NCBI RefSeq assembly: GCF_001194135.2 | Contig: NC_068983.1 | Location: 15,273,162 to 15,337,161, forward strand | Reading direction: 5' to 3' | Origin: Octopus bimaculoides | Lineage: Eukaryota | DNA: 64,000 nt | Shown here: piece by piece, positions 24,486-38,100 of the stretch | How the letters are laid out: every line of letters starts with the position of its first letter | How positions within the stretch are numbered: position 1 is the stretch's first letter | Notes under the pieces: model-generated | Databases searched by the model: none | Seen by the model: only the letters and a program-made list of their open reading frames with translations | What the model was told of the DNA's origin: nothing | Program-made: the position numbers and the translations under genes

Positions 24486-27400
24486 GTTGACAAAACTCCC
24501 TCAAAGAGTATCTGAAATCCACAACACCGAGCAAGGGTGTTAGAAAATTCAGTATGGATGTGGATTTGAACTCTACATTACATATGTAAACGTATTTGTA
24601 TTTAGTATGCAGAACATTACTCTATACTATTCCTCAGCCACGTTTTTTGTTATTCACATAATCAACGCCGTGACATTCCTCACTAAATCTTACCAACTGA
24701 TATCATTTGCTGAAAAGGTCTAATGAAACTGAAACATGTTTATTACTTTCTCCAGCAGGCTTCAAAGACCCAATCAAGTCACATGCTACAGTTTCTACAT
24801 TTTCAAACAAAAATTCAATCAATTTATCTTGCTGGATGTTCTTAGATTTTTTTTTTAAACATCCAAAGGAGTTTCTTGTCTATCAATTCCACGAATAATT
24901 TTAATTAATCAACGTTCTTCAACTCATTATATTTCATATGTGAAACGCTATCGCACATGTATTGAATATACAGAACATTCCACTGAGATAGTTATTCTCA
25001 GCCATAGCACTTCTAAGATTATTCCTGGATAATAGCACTTTTAAGATTAGTCACAGCACTTCTAAGATTACCCCTGGATACAACAAATAAATCCCACTTG
25101 CACTTCTTGCAAGATCAATAGCCCTTAATTCCAAGTAGATTGTCAACGTTCAGATCATAGCTGTACTTGACTATATTTTTTCTACCCTAAAAGTATGAAT
25201 GGCAAAATTGACCGCAGCGGGATTTGGGCCCCAAAACGTAAGAAGTCGGAAGAAGTGTTCTTTTCTACTCTAGGCACAAGGCCCGAAATTTGGAAGGGAG
25301 GGAGGGGCAGTCGACTAGATCGATGCCAGTACGCAACTGGTATCTAATTTATCGATCCCGAAAGGATGAAAGCAAAGCCGACCTCAACGGAATTTGAACT
25401 CAGAACGTAAAGGCAGACGAAATACTGCTAAGCATTTCGCCCGGCGTGATAACGGTTCTGCCAGCTCGCCGCCTTAGTCGAAGGAAAAATTAAACAGGTT
25501 TTCTTTGTTTACCTTCTTTTTTTTTTACCTGAAAGTTTAATGATTCAGCAAATATACTGCCAATTTTCAATAGCAGAAACGAATAGAGTGTTTGTGTATA
25601 TTTTTAGGCTTTTGTGATGCAATTTTTTAAGTCTGAACACACGATTTCAGATCAAACTACTAAACAAATAAGTTCGACTCAACAATTTTTTTCCCCAACA
25701 TATTTTAAATCTAATTAAGAATTATACTGTCAGCAAACTCTTCAAATCAAAAACACAAAGCGGAGGCTCCTTAAAAAAGTGTTAACTAAGTAGTTTTGAA
25801 TGGACTTGTAGTGGAGCTCCATTTCTTATAGACCTTATTGTTCGACCACTGGCACATCTACGTAGTTGTTAGATCTGTAAAAAATAGCAACCAAATCTCT
25901 CTTAGCCCACACCATCTTTATTTCAATGTTTTTAGTTCAATTTGATTTATTTATTTAATTCCATTCTATTTTTTGTGTTGAATGAGTTTATTGAACGTTT
26001 GCAAAAATTAACTCCGAGCAGCTGACATAGTGATTTCGCTTTTCATGTAACGAATTTCGCTTTTTATATTTTTCCCTTTAACATGCCTTACAAGAATGGT
26101 ACAAGTCATGATTTGATGGAAGACTTATCTTTCTGAATTTATGCGACCTCTGTCCTTTGTGACATTAAAATTTGTTATAATACATTGCGTATTATTTTAA
26201 GATGTTTTAATTTTTATACTTTGTTACCTTACAATTGCAGCCAATAAAATGACAGGCACCTGTTCAGGATCATTATTAACTAATAAGTTAAGGTCTTTTC
26301 AGTTGACATCTGCAATCTTCTCAATTAGCTATCCCAGATAGTTTTTTGTTTTTTTCACCGTCTTTATTTTTTTCTTTTGGTATTTGGTTTTTACATATTG
26401 GTGTCAGTCTTGAATGCTATATTTTTTTGCATGTATGTACATCATCATCCTCATTTAACATTCGTCCATGCTGGCATGGACAGTTTGACCAAAGCTGCCA
26501 AGCTGAAGAGCTGCACCAGGCCCCTCATTCAAAGTTTAGTTAATTTTTTCAATTTAAATTTTGAATTTATCTTCCTTGCTTTTCCTGACATTGATCATTA
26601 AGCTAATGCTTTTTCCCCCTCTTACTACAAGTGCAACTTTAATTAATGAACATTTTTTAGTTAATCACAATAAGTATGTTATCACGGACTCTACTATGTC
26701 TCATAGAGACTTCCATTGTTAAAGGTTTTTTTCTATCTGCCCTCAGTGTTTCTGTTATTGTTTATGTAAGGAATATTATCTAATCTCTTACTTCTATAAC
26801 ATATAATTACCTTCAATTAATTTCTGTGGCTAATGATTTTTAAAGAGGTTATCAGCAGTATAACAATTTGAAGTAGCTTTAAAAATTTTAAGAGAAAATG
26901 GTTGTGTGGTAAGTAGCTTGCTTACTAACCACATGGTTCCGGGTTCAGTCCCACTGCGTGGCACCTTGGGCAAGTGTCTTCTACTATAGCCTCGGGCCAA
27001 CCAAAGCCTTGTGAGTGGATTTGGTAGACAGAAACTGAAAGAAGCTCGTCGTATATATATACATGTATGTGTGTCTGTATTTGTCCCCCCAACTTCGCTT
27101 GACAACCGTTGCTGGTGTGTTTACGTCCCTGTAACTTAGCGGTTCGGCAAAAAGTGACTGATAGAATAAGTACTAAGCTTACAAAGAATAAGTCCTGGGG
27201 TCGATCTGCTCGACTAAAGGTGGTGCCCCAGCATGGCCACAGTCAAATGACTGAAACAAGTAAAAGAGTAAGAGTAATCCTTTTAAAAAAATCAAACTCC
27301 CACTCCACTTGAATTTGAAAATATAATTTGTACTCATTTCGTAGCAGTAATAAGTGCCAATTGAAATTATAAAGACTGATACATTTATTATTTATATGAT

Positions 27401-29817
27401 ATAACCCAGATGTTGTTTTTCTCCAAACTAGCCCCAGGCATAATAAATGTTGAAGACATGGTTCTTACCTCAAGATTCCAGTTGTTTCTTCTTTTATTAA
27501 CTTTATTTATTTATTTATTTATTTCAGTTTGCTGTATTGTTTTTTTTTTTTCACAACAATGACCTACCTAAAACCAAATTACTAAAGATTATTTTTTCAG
27601 CAATAGTTTAAAAAAAACTCAAAGTAGAAGAGTGAGTATTTATTTTTCTTGTAATATTTTAGCTATTTGAGTGAGATTATGAAAACATTATCTCCAAAAT
27701 AAATAATTGCCCAAATGGTTAAAATAATAATCATGAAGTTAATATCATTTATCTCCTACTGTAAAACTAATTCTAATTAGATTTTTGATATTCATTACAT
27801 TGAATGTTACATACAATAGTTAACTGTACAATGCCACTTACTATGAAATACAAATCTGTCAGTTTCCTGCATATCAATTGTAAGCAATGTGCTGTTAAAC
27901 TGACTTCTGTTTATGTTAATTCTTTTAACTCTTTAACTTTCAGATTTCTTTGTCAAATGCAATGCTTATATAATCACAGTATTTTGAATTAAGCATGCAT
28001 TATCTTGTATCCTGAAGATTTCAGTGAATGACATTGTAGGGTAGGTGTCTATTTTTGCCCTCTCTTTTTTCTTCATTATATTTCCAATGATGCTCCTTAA
28101 GCATTGGGTTTCAGCCCTAGATGCAGAAAATAGTGCAACCCTAAACAATAGTTAATCCTTGACAAATTACTTCCCTACACTGCACTAGAATGTTATCAAT
28201 GCATTCTGTTGCTTATTTAAAATGTATTCAAGAATACTTAGATTAACTAGCTTAGCATTAAGCTGTGATGACTGTAGACACATGTCCCTGGCTAGGCAAA
28301 TACTTCTGTGGCTGCCATTTTGTTTATCCAATGCATCCTTCCATCTTTAAGAGGATCTAATGGAGACTTGGTTTGTATTTCTGGCAGGCCAAGCAACCAT
28401 GTAGTAGCTTCCTTCTTTTACCTCAAAAGTCTACCATGTTGGCTTGTCAATTTGTTTTTTGCATCAAAAGGTGATAAGGTCATATGAATACTCCCTGTTA
28501 CTGTTACCCTCTAGATCAACCCGGCTGACAAAATTAACATATTCCAGCAATAACTACACAATTTTTTTGATTTTTCACTCAAGCTACTTTATGATATTAG
28601 CACAACAGTAATCTAACGTTAATACCGTCACGGAGGCCCAGCTCTTTCTTCACAGAGTGGTCCTTAAAACGAAAAAAAAGCTAATAAATAAACAATATTT
28701 CTCATTTTGATAGTTGTAATATCTAAAGCACGTCTGCTACAAGGGACATAACTCTTACCTCTACGTTCTGAAATTTTAAATTTGGTTAATAAAATACTGA
28801 TGCCTCAAGCTTAACATACTTGTATAATTTCTTTCATTGAAAGATCTTATTTGCTATATATATTCAACTTTTTCTTCAATCTGTAAATCGAAATTAACCA
28901 TTTACCTATTTAAAGCATTTTCATAAGTTTGTCTTTAACGTCCATACCAAACTTAGTTAGCCCTTCTTTCATACGTTCTGAGTAATACACAGCTTTCTTC
29001 TTAAATCTCAAGTTACTCTAGTGCAGTGTTTCTCAAACTGGAGTCCGCGAAGAAACGCTGAAGTATCATGAAAACAGATGGCTCGAGACGGTTTAGTTTA
29101 AACATTTCAAGACTTCCAATTTTTAGCATGCTCTCATCTTTTGTTGTCATTGACCTCAAAAACCCACGTCACTCCTACACACTCATTTGCTAATCACACT
29201 TTTTGTACAAGTGTGATTGGCCGATGGAAAATATGTGGGTGTAACGGTTGATCGTGCGTGTGCTATCGGTATTCTACGCTCACATGATTCACAACTTCTG
29301 CAATCCACAAGTTTGCATGTCTCTCGCCGTCGTTATCCTCACCGGTGCATGTTCCCGCATGCCCTTGCTCTTTGTCAAACACCCATTCTCGTATCCCATG
29401 GTGGCTGGGCTTTATAAGACATGGTTGTTTTTCATGGCAACGTGTTCCGTCCGACATAACTGTCTTCTCAACAGTTATCAATTCACGGAGGTTTATCTAC
29501 GGACAAAACAACGCTCACACGCACTTTAGATTTCTTCTACAGTTAATAGTGAGAGGCATTAGTTTAGCTAGAGTGTGGGGCGGCCCTTCTGTTTGCCACC
29601 CGCGGACCTCACAAAAACCACATATTGCCTAGAGCAGACCCAAAAGTGCTGCCCCTACCGTCCACCGCTAGTGGTGAGAAGTTTTATTGTTAATTAGTGC
29701 AACCAAAAGCTAGCTACACTAGGTCATATCAGCACACCCGTAGTATATGATAAATTCGAAATAAATATACAATGTAGTTATATTGAATTGGTTTACTAAA
29801 TTTGATCTTTTTTTATA

Positions 29818-31490
29818 ATGCCTCCAAAGAAGAAAATGAGATATGACGAATCTTATTTGAAATTCGGTTTTACTGTAATAAAGTCTGGCGGAGAAGGAAA
29901 CAACAATTAGTTTTATGCTCCGAGGTTTTGGCCTCTACTTCACTATAGTCCAACAAGTTAAAGAGACACTTCTAAATAAATCGAGATGTCGACTTTTTCA
30001 GACGCGAAGCCGACAGATGGACGAAATCCAGACTTGATGACACAGGAATGTTACGGCATTACGGCTGGTTTGAAGGCATCCTACGAGGTTTCAAGGAAAA
30101 TAGCTGTTGCCAAAAAGCCCCACAATATCGGCGAAGATTTGATAATGCTGCAAAGATGTCATATCGAATGCGTTAGGAAGTTCTGAACTTCAGAAGCTGA
30201 AGCATGTCTCTCTTTCAAATGATACTGTTAGCAAGTGAATAACCGAGCTGTCCGATAACATTCTGTCGCAATTGCTCTCTAAGATTCACAATTCACTTTT
30301 GAACTTTTCCGCGATCCAGCTTGAAGGAACGATGCATATTTCCATCTTAGCCCAATTTTGTGTCTATGTATGTACATAACAATCGCCTGGAAGACGAATT
30401 CCTGTTTTGCAAAAACCCCAGCACCAAAACAACCGCAAGGGAAATATTTAACAAAGCGGACAAATTTTTTGAGGCACATAATATCAACTCGGATCATGTC
30501 ATTGTCGTATGCACCGACGGCGCTCCGGCGATGCTTGGTTGCCGTTCCGGTTTTCAGACATTGGTGAAAGAAAAATCTCCAGATGTTATTGATACACACT
30601 GCACAGTTTATCGACAAGCACAAATGGTGAAAATCATGCCTGATGAGTTAAAAAATGTTCTGAATTACGTGATTACTGCGGTGAACTTCATCAAAGCGAA
30701 CGCGCTCAACTTCCGTCTGTTTGCCGAGTTGTGCAAAGAAAGTGACTCTGAATTCGCAAGTGGGATGGCTTTCGAGAGGAAAAACAATAAAGAAAGTATT
30801 CCTTCTACGAAAAGAAGTCCACGATTTTTTTACAAGATGCCAAGCCAAATTAGCACGCCGATGATCTTTTCTAATCTGCTTGGCATTTTTGGTGGGCATA
30901 TTCGAGTCAGTGAATGCCATCAATCTCTTACTGCAAGGGAAAGATATAACCATGTTTCATTCTCATGAAAAACTAACTGCTTTCAAAATGAGGTATGAAT
31001 TTGCATCATTACCTCAACTAAACATGCTAATTGATGAAAACGAGCTTCAAGTCGATGATGATATCGTTGAACTCATGACACAACACGTGTCAACACTTGG
31101 CAGAGAAATATTCTCTTTATTTTCTTGATCTGCATTACTTTGACAAATACTTCCACATCCCTTTGTACTCTCTGTTCGTCATCTGCCAACAGAAGACAAT
31201 TTAATTCAAGAGCAGTTAATTGATTTGGTCAATGATCGAGGTGAGAAATATTTTTTCCGTGAAATGTGCAGTTGTGACTTTCGGATTGAAATGGCACAGT
31301 CATGTCCTGATGTCGCAAAGACGTCTCTTAAAGTACCGATGCCATTTCCAACCACTCAGGAGTGTGAGACCGCGTTTTCCACTTTCCTTGCCATTAAAAC
31401 GAAATCACGAAACCGACTGGATACCACACCAGAAATGAAGGATGCCTTCTCCATAACAGAGCCGAACATAGAAGAGCTGGGTTTTTTTTT
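29818..31490 (+). pseudogene. Frameshifted hAT (Buster/ZBED5-like) transposase
   Basis: MPPKKKMRYDESYLKFGFT...NKLKRH; SYEVSRKIAVAKKPHNIGEDLI; CTDGAPAMLGCRSGFQTLVKE; dimerisation-type FPTTQECETAFS...KTKSRNRLD, spread over several frames. Confidence 0.9.
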
Positions 31491-32114
31491 CCAAAACTTG
31501 ATCCTTAATCTCTTTAAAAGACAGTCGTGTATGATTGGAAGGCGGTTTTGTTCTTATTCTAGTAGGTCGAGTGACCACATAGAGACATTTTCGTTAAATT
31601 TATTGCTTATGCATTGTCCAGCCAACTGGTACAGTACCGCAAAAAAAATAAATAAATAAAATGTAAGGGACATAACTATATATTTCACAAAGTTCAAAAT
31701 TGCTGATTAAAAATACATATTTGAAACATTATTGTTTGTTTGAAAAGAAAATCTTATAATATGCATGTTTATTATTGTTTTCTGATTTCTTTTTATATTG
31801 TCATCTGAATTTACGGTCGTAATATATAAATGATCACCACGTTTCATTATTATCAACTTATTCGTGACCTTTAAACCATTTCAAATGCATGTTGCCTCTG
31901 AACTAAGTGTGAAAGCACGCCGTAAGGAATAAAGAGATATATATATTCCCATAAGTATCAAGAGAACATACTTCTTAGAAATAACTCACAATTTAAATAT
32001 GCACACCGCATATTTTAGACCTAACAGTTTCTGATGACCACTTTCATATACGACAGTTAAGAATGCATCCTAAAGTTAGGCTTTCTGCTGTAGGTTTAAA
32101 ACATTTCAATGTAC

Positions 32115-32377
32115 TTTTTGGTTATCTCACAACCATTAAAAATTGGGTTGTCTCCCCCAACTAAAACAAATTGTTTAACCCTCAATAAAACAAAAAAAAA
32201 TGAAAAAATTAATAGACATAAAAAGCGAAAAGATTAAACATCTTATTGAGTCTGATAATATTTTTATAACAAATCATACAAAACTGAAAAACTTTAAAAT
32301 CTTATTGACGCCACATAAACTCAATATTTTAGAAGGGAGATAACCCAATTTTTGAATGGGGGCGAGATATCCAAAAA
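32115..32377. mobile_element. Foldback MITE (~45-bp imperfect TIRs)
   Basis: tttttggttatctc..ccattaaaaattgggttgtctccc vs gggagataacccaatttttgaatgg..gagatatccaaaaa. Confidence 0.65.
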
Positions 32378-33486
32378 ATTTTAGCCTTCAATAAGTTATT
32401 AAACTCTAGGATCTTGATAAATTTCTTCCAACAACTTGAAATATTTCAAATTTTCATGAGATATGAATATTTTTTTCTTTTTGCATGCTGATGACAAAAA
32501 TTTCGTTTTTGTTTTAATCTTCAGAAATTAGTAATAGCTTCAAGTGGTTGAGAGAAATTAAAACAAGATCCCTCCTCAACAAGGTACATGCGTGGAGTAC
32601 TCAAATATCTGTTGCTATATACACAAAGACACCAAGCATAATCTGGGCCATTCGGTTTCATTTCGCTAGCTTCTTAGAAGCAGAAACCACAGATATAACT
32701 TTCTCTGTCGGCGAAAACAAGTTTCTGCAAATTGTGAAATCACGAACTGTTAGTAACGAAACGAAATACGAAAGAAAACAGAGATGGAAAACAGCGGTTA
32801 GTATCTACGCATGCTTTTATTTTTCATTATTGTCGAGTTCTAAAACATCTTGCAATCGCTAGAAACATTAACACCAACTGATTTCTGCCCTCCAAATTAC
32901 ATTTAAGCTATTATTTTTTTTTTCAAGAGTGCACGAATGTCAAGATGTCACTTTCATAACTGAAATATCTAAAGTTTCTCGGACTAAAAACATGTCATTA
33001 TTTTGTGATATACAGCGTCGCCTACTCCGTAGCATGTTTTTCACAGCATTCACGATATTTGTGTGTAGTAAATATTCCCAGTGGATAATAATATTTGTTT
33101 CCTTGGCGAGCCAGCTGCAATAGATATTCGAAAGATTTGTGATGAAACTGGATGACGGAAGGACACAATATAATAATTCCTTCTGTATAATTAGTGATCT
33201 TAATTCAGACGTAGTTTATTTTATCTTTTTTTTTTTTTTTTTTACGGAATCCCACGCTTTAGGATATGGAGATTCCGATTCTGACAAAAATGTTCAAAAA
33301 TAGCAACTTCAAAATTTCAATCCCCTCTCCCCACTTTTTCGTTTTTCACTTTTTCCGGAATTTTTTTTCCTTTCGAAATACGTAAAAATACGGAGATTAG
33401 GATTAAAATTTCAAGGTTTCAAGAAAAAAAAAAATACCCCCATCTCCTCCTCCCGGATCTTTCTGTCCTCCTCCCGATTCTACGGG

Positions 33487-33912
33487 CTTGGCTTTCAAGT
33501 AGGCTATTCACATGCTAGAAATAACAGCCAAATCTCACAAAACTGCAATGGCATAAATGAAAAAAAATATGTAATCAATCTACTCACCTTTCTGCAAAAA
33601 TTTCTTTCAGAGTAATTTCCCTCAGTAATATGACAAAGTGAAATTAAAGTGTTCATTTGAGGAAATATTGAAGCAGCTTGCTCCAGAGAAAATAATGGAT
33701 TTTATGAAAATAAACAGCATTATTGTCACAAGTAGAACGTATGTTTGCACACAAGATATGAATGAACACTTTAATTTCACTTTGTCATATTACTGCGGGA
33801 AATTCTGAAAGGTAAGTAGATTAATTACATATATTTCTTTCATTATGTTATTGCAGTTTTGTGAGATTTGGCTGTTATTTCTACCATGTGAATAGCCTGC
33901 TTGAAAGCCAAG
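33487..33912. mobile_element. Long-arm foldback element (arms ~150-170 bp)
   Basis: cttggctttcaagtaggctattcacatg...aaattaaagtgttcat, mirrored by atgaacactttaattt...catgtgaatagcctgcttgaaagccaag. Confidence 0.85.
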
Positions 33913-33944
33913 GACTGAGAGTTTCGGGATCTTTTTGGTTTGAC

Positions 33945-34252
33945 GGGCAACACTTGTTTTCTTAACGAAACACTTTCAAACTTGGGATACTGGTAGAATG
34001 TGTCATATAAAACATCTTTTTCTCTTAGCCTTCTTAACAAAAATTAGTTCTTAATAAGTTATTTCATGTTAAAGTTGTCGTATTTCTGTAATTTCAACCA
34101 ATCACTGACGTCTATTCAGCTGAATACAAAATTTTTTATTTGTTCTATAATACAAAATATACAAGTATACGAAGTTTGAAAGTGTTTCGGTACCAAAAAC
34201 ACTACATAAAACATTAATGAAAAATGTTGCCCGTCAAACCAAAAGGATCCGA
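33945..34252. mobile_element. MITE with outer and inner inverted repeats (related partial copy at ~36715-36920)
   Basis: ggatctttttggtttgacgggcaaca / tgttgcccgtcaaaccaaaaggatcc; inner gaaacactttcaaactt / aagtttgaaagtgtttc. Confidence 0.8.
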
Positions 34253-35326
34253 GTTTCGTGCGTAGGTACTTATAATTTCTATAAATGACGATGTCCCAAA
34301 CTTTCGACTCCTGAGACTGTAAATTCTGCCGATTAAGTGTAATATATATATTACTCCCTGAAAATCGCCAACCCTACACCTTCATACGCATGCACACATG
34401 TATATTATGACTCACACTGTTCACTTTCCTGACAATTGTACGTAATTCTATGTACTATACATGCACCTTTGATAAGCTGTAGTGCACCTGAGCACTATAC
34501 ACAATAATTTCATTATTTTTTATGATATATCGATACATATATGTACACACCTACATCTATATGTATACATACATGCATATATGGGTACAGGACATTAAAA
34601 AAACGTTAAACACAATGAAAAACGAAAACAGAAAACGAACTTTTTTCGAACAAAAAAAAAACAAACAAACAGAGAAACGAGACATGCAACATAAAGAGTA
34701 TACCCCTTCGTCAGTTGTCCCTGTTCCATCTACTCCGCGTTCCGAAGGCAAGGACAATACGCGACTTCCTTGGAATAGTCCTGGTTNNNNNNNNNNCTCT
34801 CTAGGGGGGGGGGGACACTAGCTACTTGACCACACACACACACACACACACACTCTCTCTCTCTCTCTCTACATATGTATATAATGTTTTGGTCATTTTT
34901 CGTTTTGACTTGCAGAACTGTCATTTGGATCAGCTGGTTTTGTTCGTTTATTTCCGTAAAACACTACTATTTATTTACTTTTGTTTTCATGGCTTATGAC
35001 AGTCGACCTTTGCCTTGAAGTGAGAGGGGAAAGTGAAAGATGTATGTACGTGTAGATTAAATGTACGTGTGTGAGAGAGAGAGTACACCCATTATCTTTC
35101 ATATACACGTACATACATAAATACATATGAATACGTCTTATTTGTATGTGTGCGTATGAAAGAGAGAGAGAGTGCGTGTGAGAGAGAGAATGTGTGTAAG
35201 AGTGAGTGCCACTTAGACATACATGCAAAAATGCACTTAGACATACATGCGAAAATATACATACATGAGAGCAACACATCTTCAACGAAAAAATGCCAAA
35301 AGATGTTTTGTGTCACCAAACCCATA

Positions 35327-37684
35327 CACAGGGTGAGAGGTATTTGAGGACGTATTTGATAATCTAATAAAGCAACTTTAATCTTTTGCACACGTGTTCT
35401 CGATAAGCTTTCTCATAAAGTTATTCCAAGAATTTGGCTTCAGCTTCCATGGCTGCTTCAGTGTAGGACCTGCACTAAATGATCCTTTTAAATTTCAGAC
35501 ATCAATGAAGCTGTGGAATTATGAAGATGTCAATTAGTCTCCTTTACAATAACACTCCAAATGTAGTAGTCCATGAGATCTAACTAAATCTGGCGGGTTT
35601 GGAAACCACAAGTTTGGTATCACATCATCATCATCATCGTTTAACGTCCACTTTCCATGCTAGCATGGGTTGGACGATTTGACTGAGGACTGGTGAAACC
35701 GGATGGCAACACCAGCCTCCAATCTGATTTGGCAGAGTTTCTACAGCTGGATGCCCTTCCTAATGCCAACCACTCAGAGAGTGTAGTGGGTGCTTTTACG
35801 TGTCACCCGCATGGAGGCCAGTCAAACGGTACTGGCAACGACCATGCTCAAAATGGTATATTTTATGTGCCACCCGCACAAGAGCCAGTCCAGGGGCACT
35901 GGCAACGATCTCGCTCGAAAATCCTACAAAGGCCAGTCAGGCGGTACTGGCAACGACCATGCTCAAAATGGTATATTTTATGTGCCACCCGCACAAGAGC
36001 CAGTCCAGGGGCACNNNNNNNNNNNNNNNNNNNNNNNNNNNNNNNNNNNNNNNNNNNNNNNNNNNNNNNNNNNNNNNNNNNNNNNNNNNNNNNNNNNNNN
36101 NNNNNNNNNNNNNNNNNNNNNNNNNNNNNNNNNNNNNNNNNNNNNNNNNNNNNNNNNNNNNNNNNNNNNNNNNNNNNNNNNNNNNNNNNNNNNNNNNNNN
36201 NNNNNNNNNNNNNNNNNNNNNNNNNNNNNNNNNNNNNNNNNNNNNNNNNNNNNNNNNNNNNNNNNNNNNNNNNNNNNNNNNNNNNNNNNNNNNNNNNNNN
36301 NNNNNNNNNNNNNNNNNNNNNNNNNNNNNNNNNNNNNNNNNNNNNNNNNNNNNNNNNNNNNNNNNNNNNNNNNNNNNNNNNNNNNNNNNNNNNNNNNNNN
36401 NNNNNNNNNNNNNNNNNNNNNNNNNNNNNNNNNNNNNNNNNNNNNNNNNNNNNNNNNNNNNNNNNNNNNNNNNNNNNNNNNNNNNNNNNNNNNNNNNNNN
36501 NNNNNNNNNNNNNNNNNNNNNNNNNNNNNNNNNNNNNNNNNNNNNNNNNNNNNNNNNNNAAACGATTCTGAAACAATTAACCCTAACTCTAACTCTAACC
36601 CTAATCCTAGGGTTAGGGTTAGGGTTAAAGTAAATTTAAAATGAAAAAAGCAAATAAAACGAAGGTATGGAGATTAAATACGCTTTACATCGCTTAATAA
36701 GCCAAAGGAGTAAATGTAAACAACTGAATACTTGTCAGTGATTGGTTGAAATTATCGAAATAAGACAATTTTTTACATGAAATAAATTCGAATACAAAAA
36801 TATTTTTCTGTTCTATAACACAAAATAGATAAGTATACGAAGTTTGAAAGTCTTTCGGTACCAAAAACACTATGTAAAACATTAATGAAAAATGTGGCCC
36901 CCGTTTTAAAAAAGATCCTGGCATTCTAATGCATACTTCATGTGTCCAGAGCTTAACAACTGTCTCCAGGAGCATTGATTCTAAGACCATGTAGGAAAGC
37001 GTGAGGGAGCATGACATGACATTCATTACTTATCACCCATTAAACCATCATAATTACTGATAACATAGTGTTCATCTCTCTGGGGTCATCGGAAGGATCT
37101 GTATATAATCATCTGTCATTTCTCTTGTTGGACTTTTGATTTTGATCAAAGTTTTTCTCATCAGAGAAGAACCAAAGCATGCCATGTGCATCAGGTTTTC
37201 TTTTAATTTTTTCTTTTAACATTGATTAGTAACTGCTTGGATTGGATGAAACTGCTTTCTTGTGTCTTCTCCAGATATGAATTGGCCTCTCCTTAGTACA
37301 TACAACTTGTATTGAATGTCTTCATGCAGTGCAGTTCTGATCATAAACTCTGATACATGTTCTTTTGCAATGGATTTCATTGATTTTCAATGATCATCAT
37401 CGATATTTTGAATTTGCTGAATGAATTGCAGTGTCCTTATAGATTCTATTTAGAATTTTCTTTGATACAATTGAAATATTCCCTCTAGAGGCTTTCAATT
37501 TCATCTGAACAATTTCTAAATTGCTGCGTTCTGCACATATGACAACAATGACTACATGTCTTGTCATTTCTTGTGTTAGCATTTTATCTGCCATAGGGGA
37601 TTGGAAAGAAATATAATCTTTTTAATTGGTTTGAAGAGCATTATATAAACAATAACTGTCCTCAAGTACTCTTCGCACACTGTG
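35327..37684 (-). mobile_element. Decayed Tc1/mariner element (maT/DD37D-like), interrupted by an RTE copy, a gap and a MITE
   Basis: Degenerate TIRs (cacagggtgagaggtatttgaggac vs gtcctcaagtac..cacactgtg); transposase pieces MADKMLTQEMTRH (37594), WFFSDEKNFDQ (~37150), LETVVKLW (~36960) and WFPNPPDL/MDYYIWSV (~35560-35610) on the minus strand. Confidence 0.75.
36575..36628. repeat. Inverted telomere-like repeat (CCCTAA)n-(TTAGGG)n
   Basis: taaccctaactctaactctaaccctaatcctagggttagggttagggtta. Confidence 0.8.
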
Positions 37685-38068
37685 TGTGCATACATGTATT
37701 CATTCATTCATTCCAGCAGAGAATAAGTTCAAAAGCTATGTTTGACAACTTAGAAAAAAAAAAACCAGAGATGAGACTCAGGGTAAATAAAATACTAAAC
37801 CCATAATTGGTAATCTCACAAAATATATTTTGCTTCGCCTATGGCTCTTTGGGAACAATATTTTGAAGAGCTAATTTATAACATATAGCAAGAAGGAACA
37901 AAGGGAAATTATAGATATGTGTATGTGACTACACACACATACATATATAAAACACATGTGAATATATACATACTGGTGTTCGAGCATGACTACAGCAGTA
38001 TGGCTGAAACGTATGAAGGAATGTGTACACACACTCACACTTATACATATGTGTGTCTGCATACATGT

Positions 38069-38100
<32 letters not shown>

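Noticed and set aside
32929-33123. Possible additional Tc1-like transposase C-terminus on the minus strand (IVNAVKNMLRSRRRCI)
   Set aside because: Too short and degenerate to support, and no TIRs were identified.
36575-36628. Telomere-telomere fusion scar
   Set aside because: The orientation is (CCCTAA)n then (TTAGGG)n, the reverse of a fusion, and the tract is very short.
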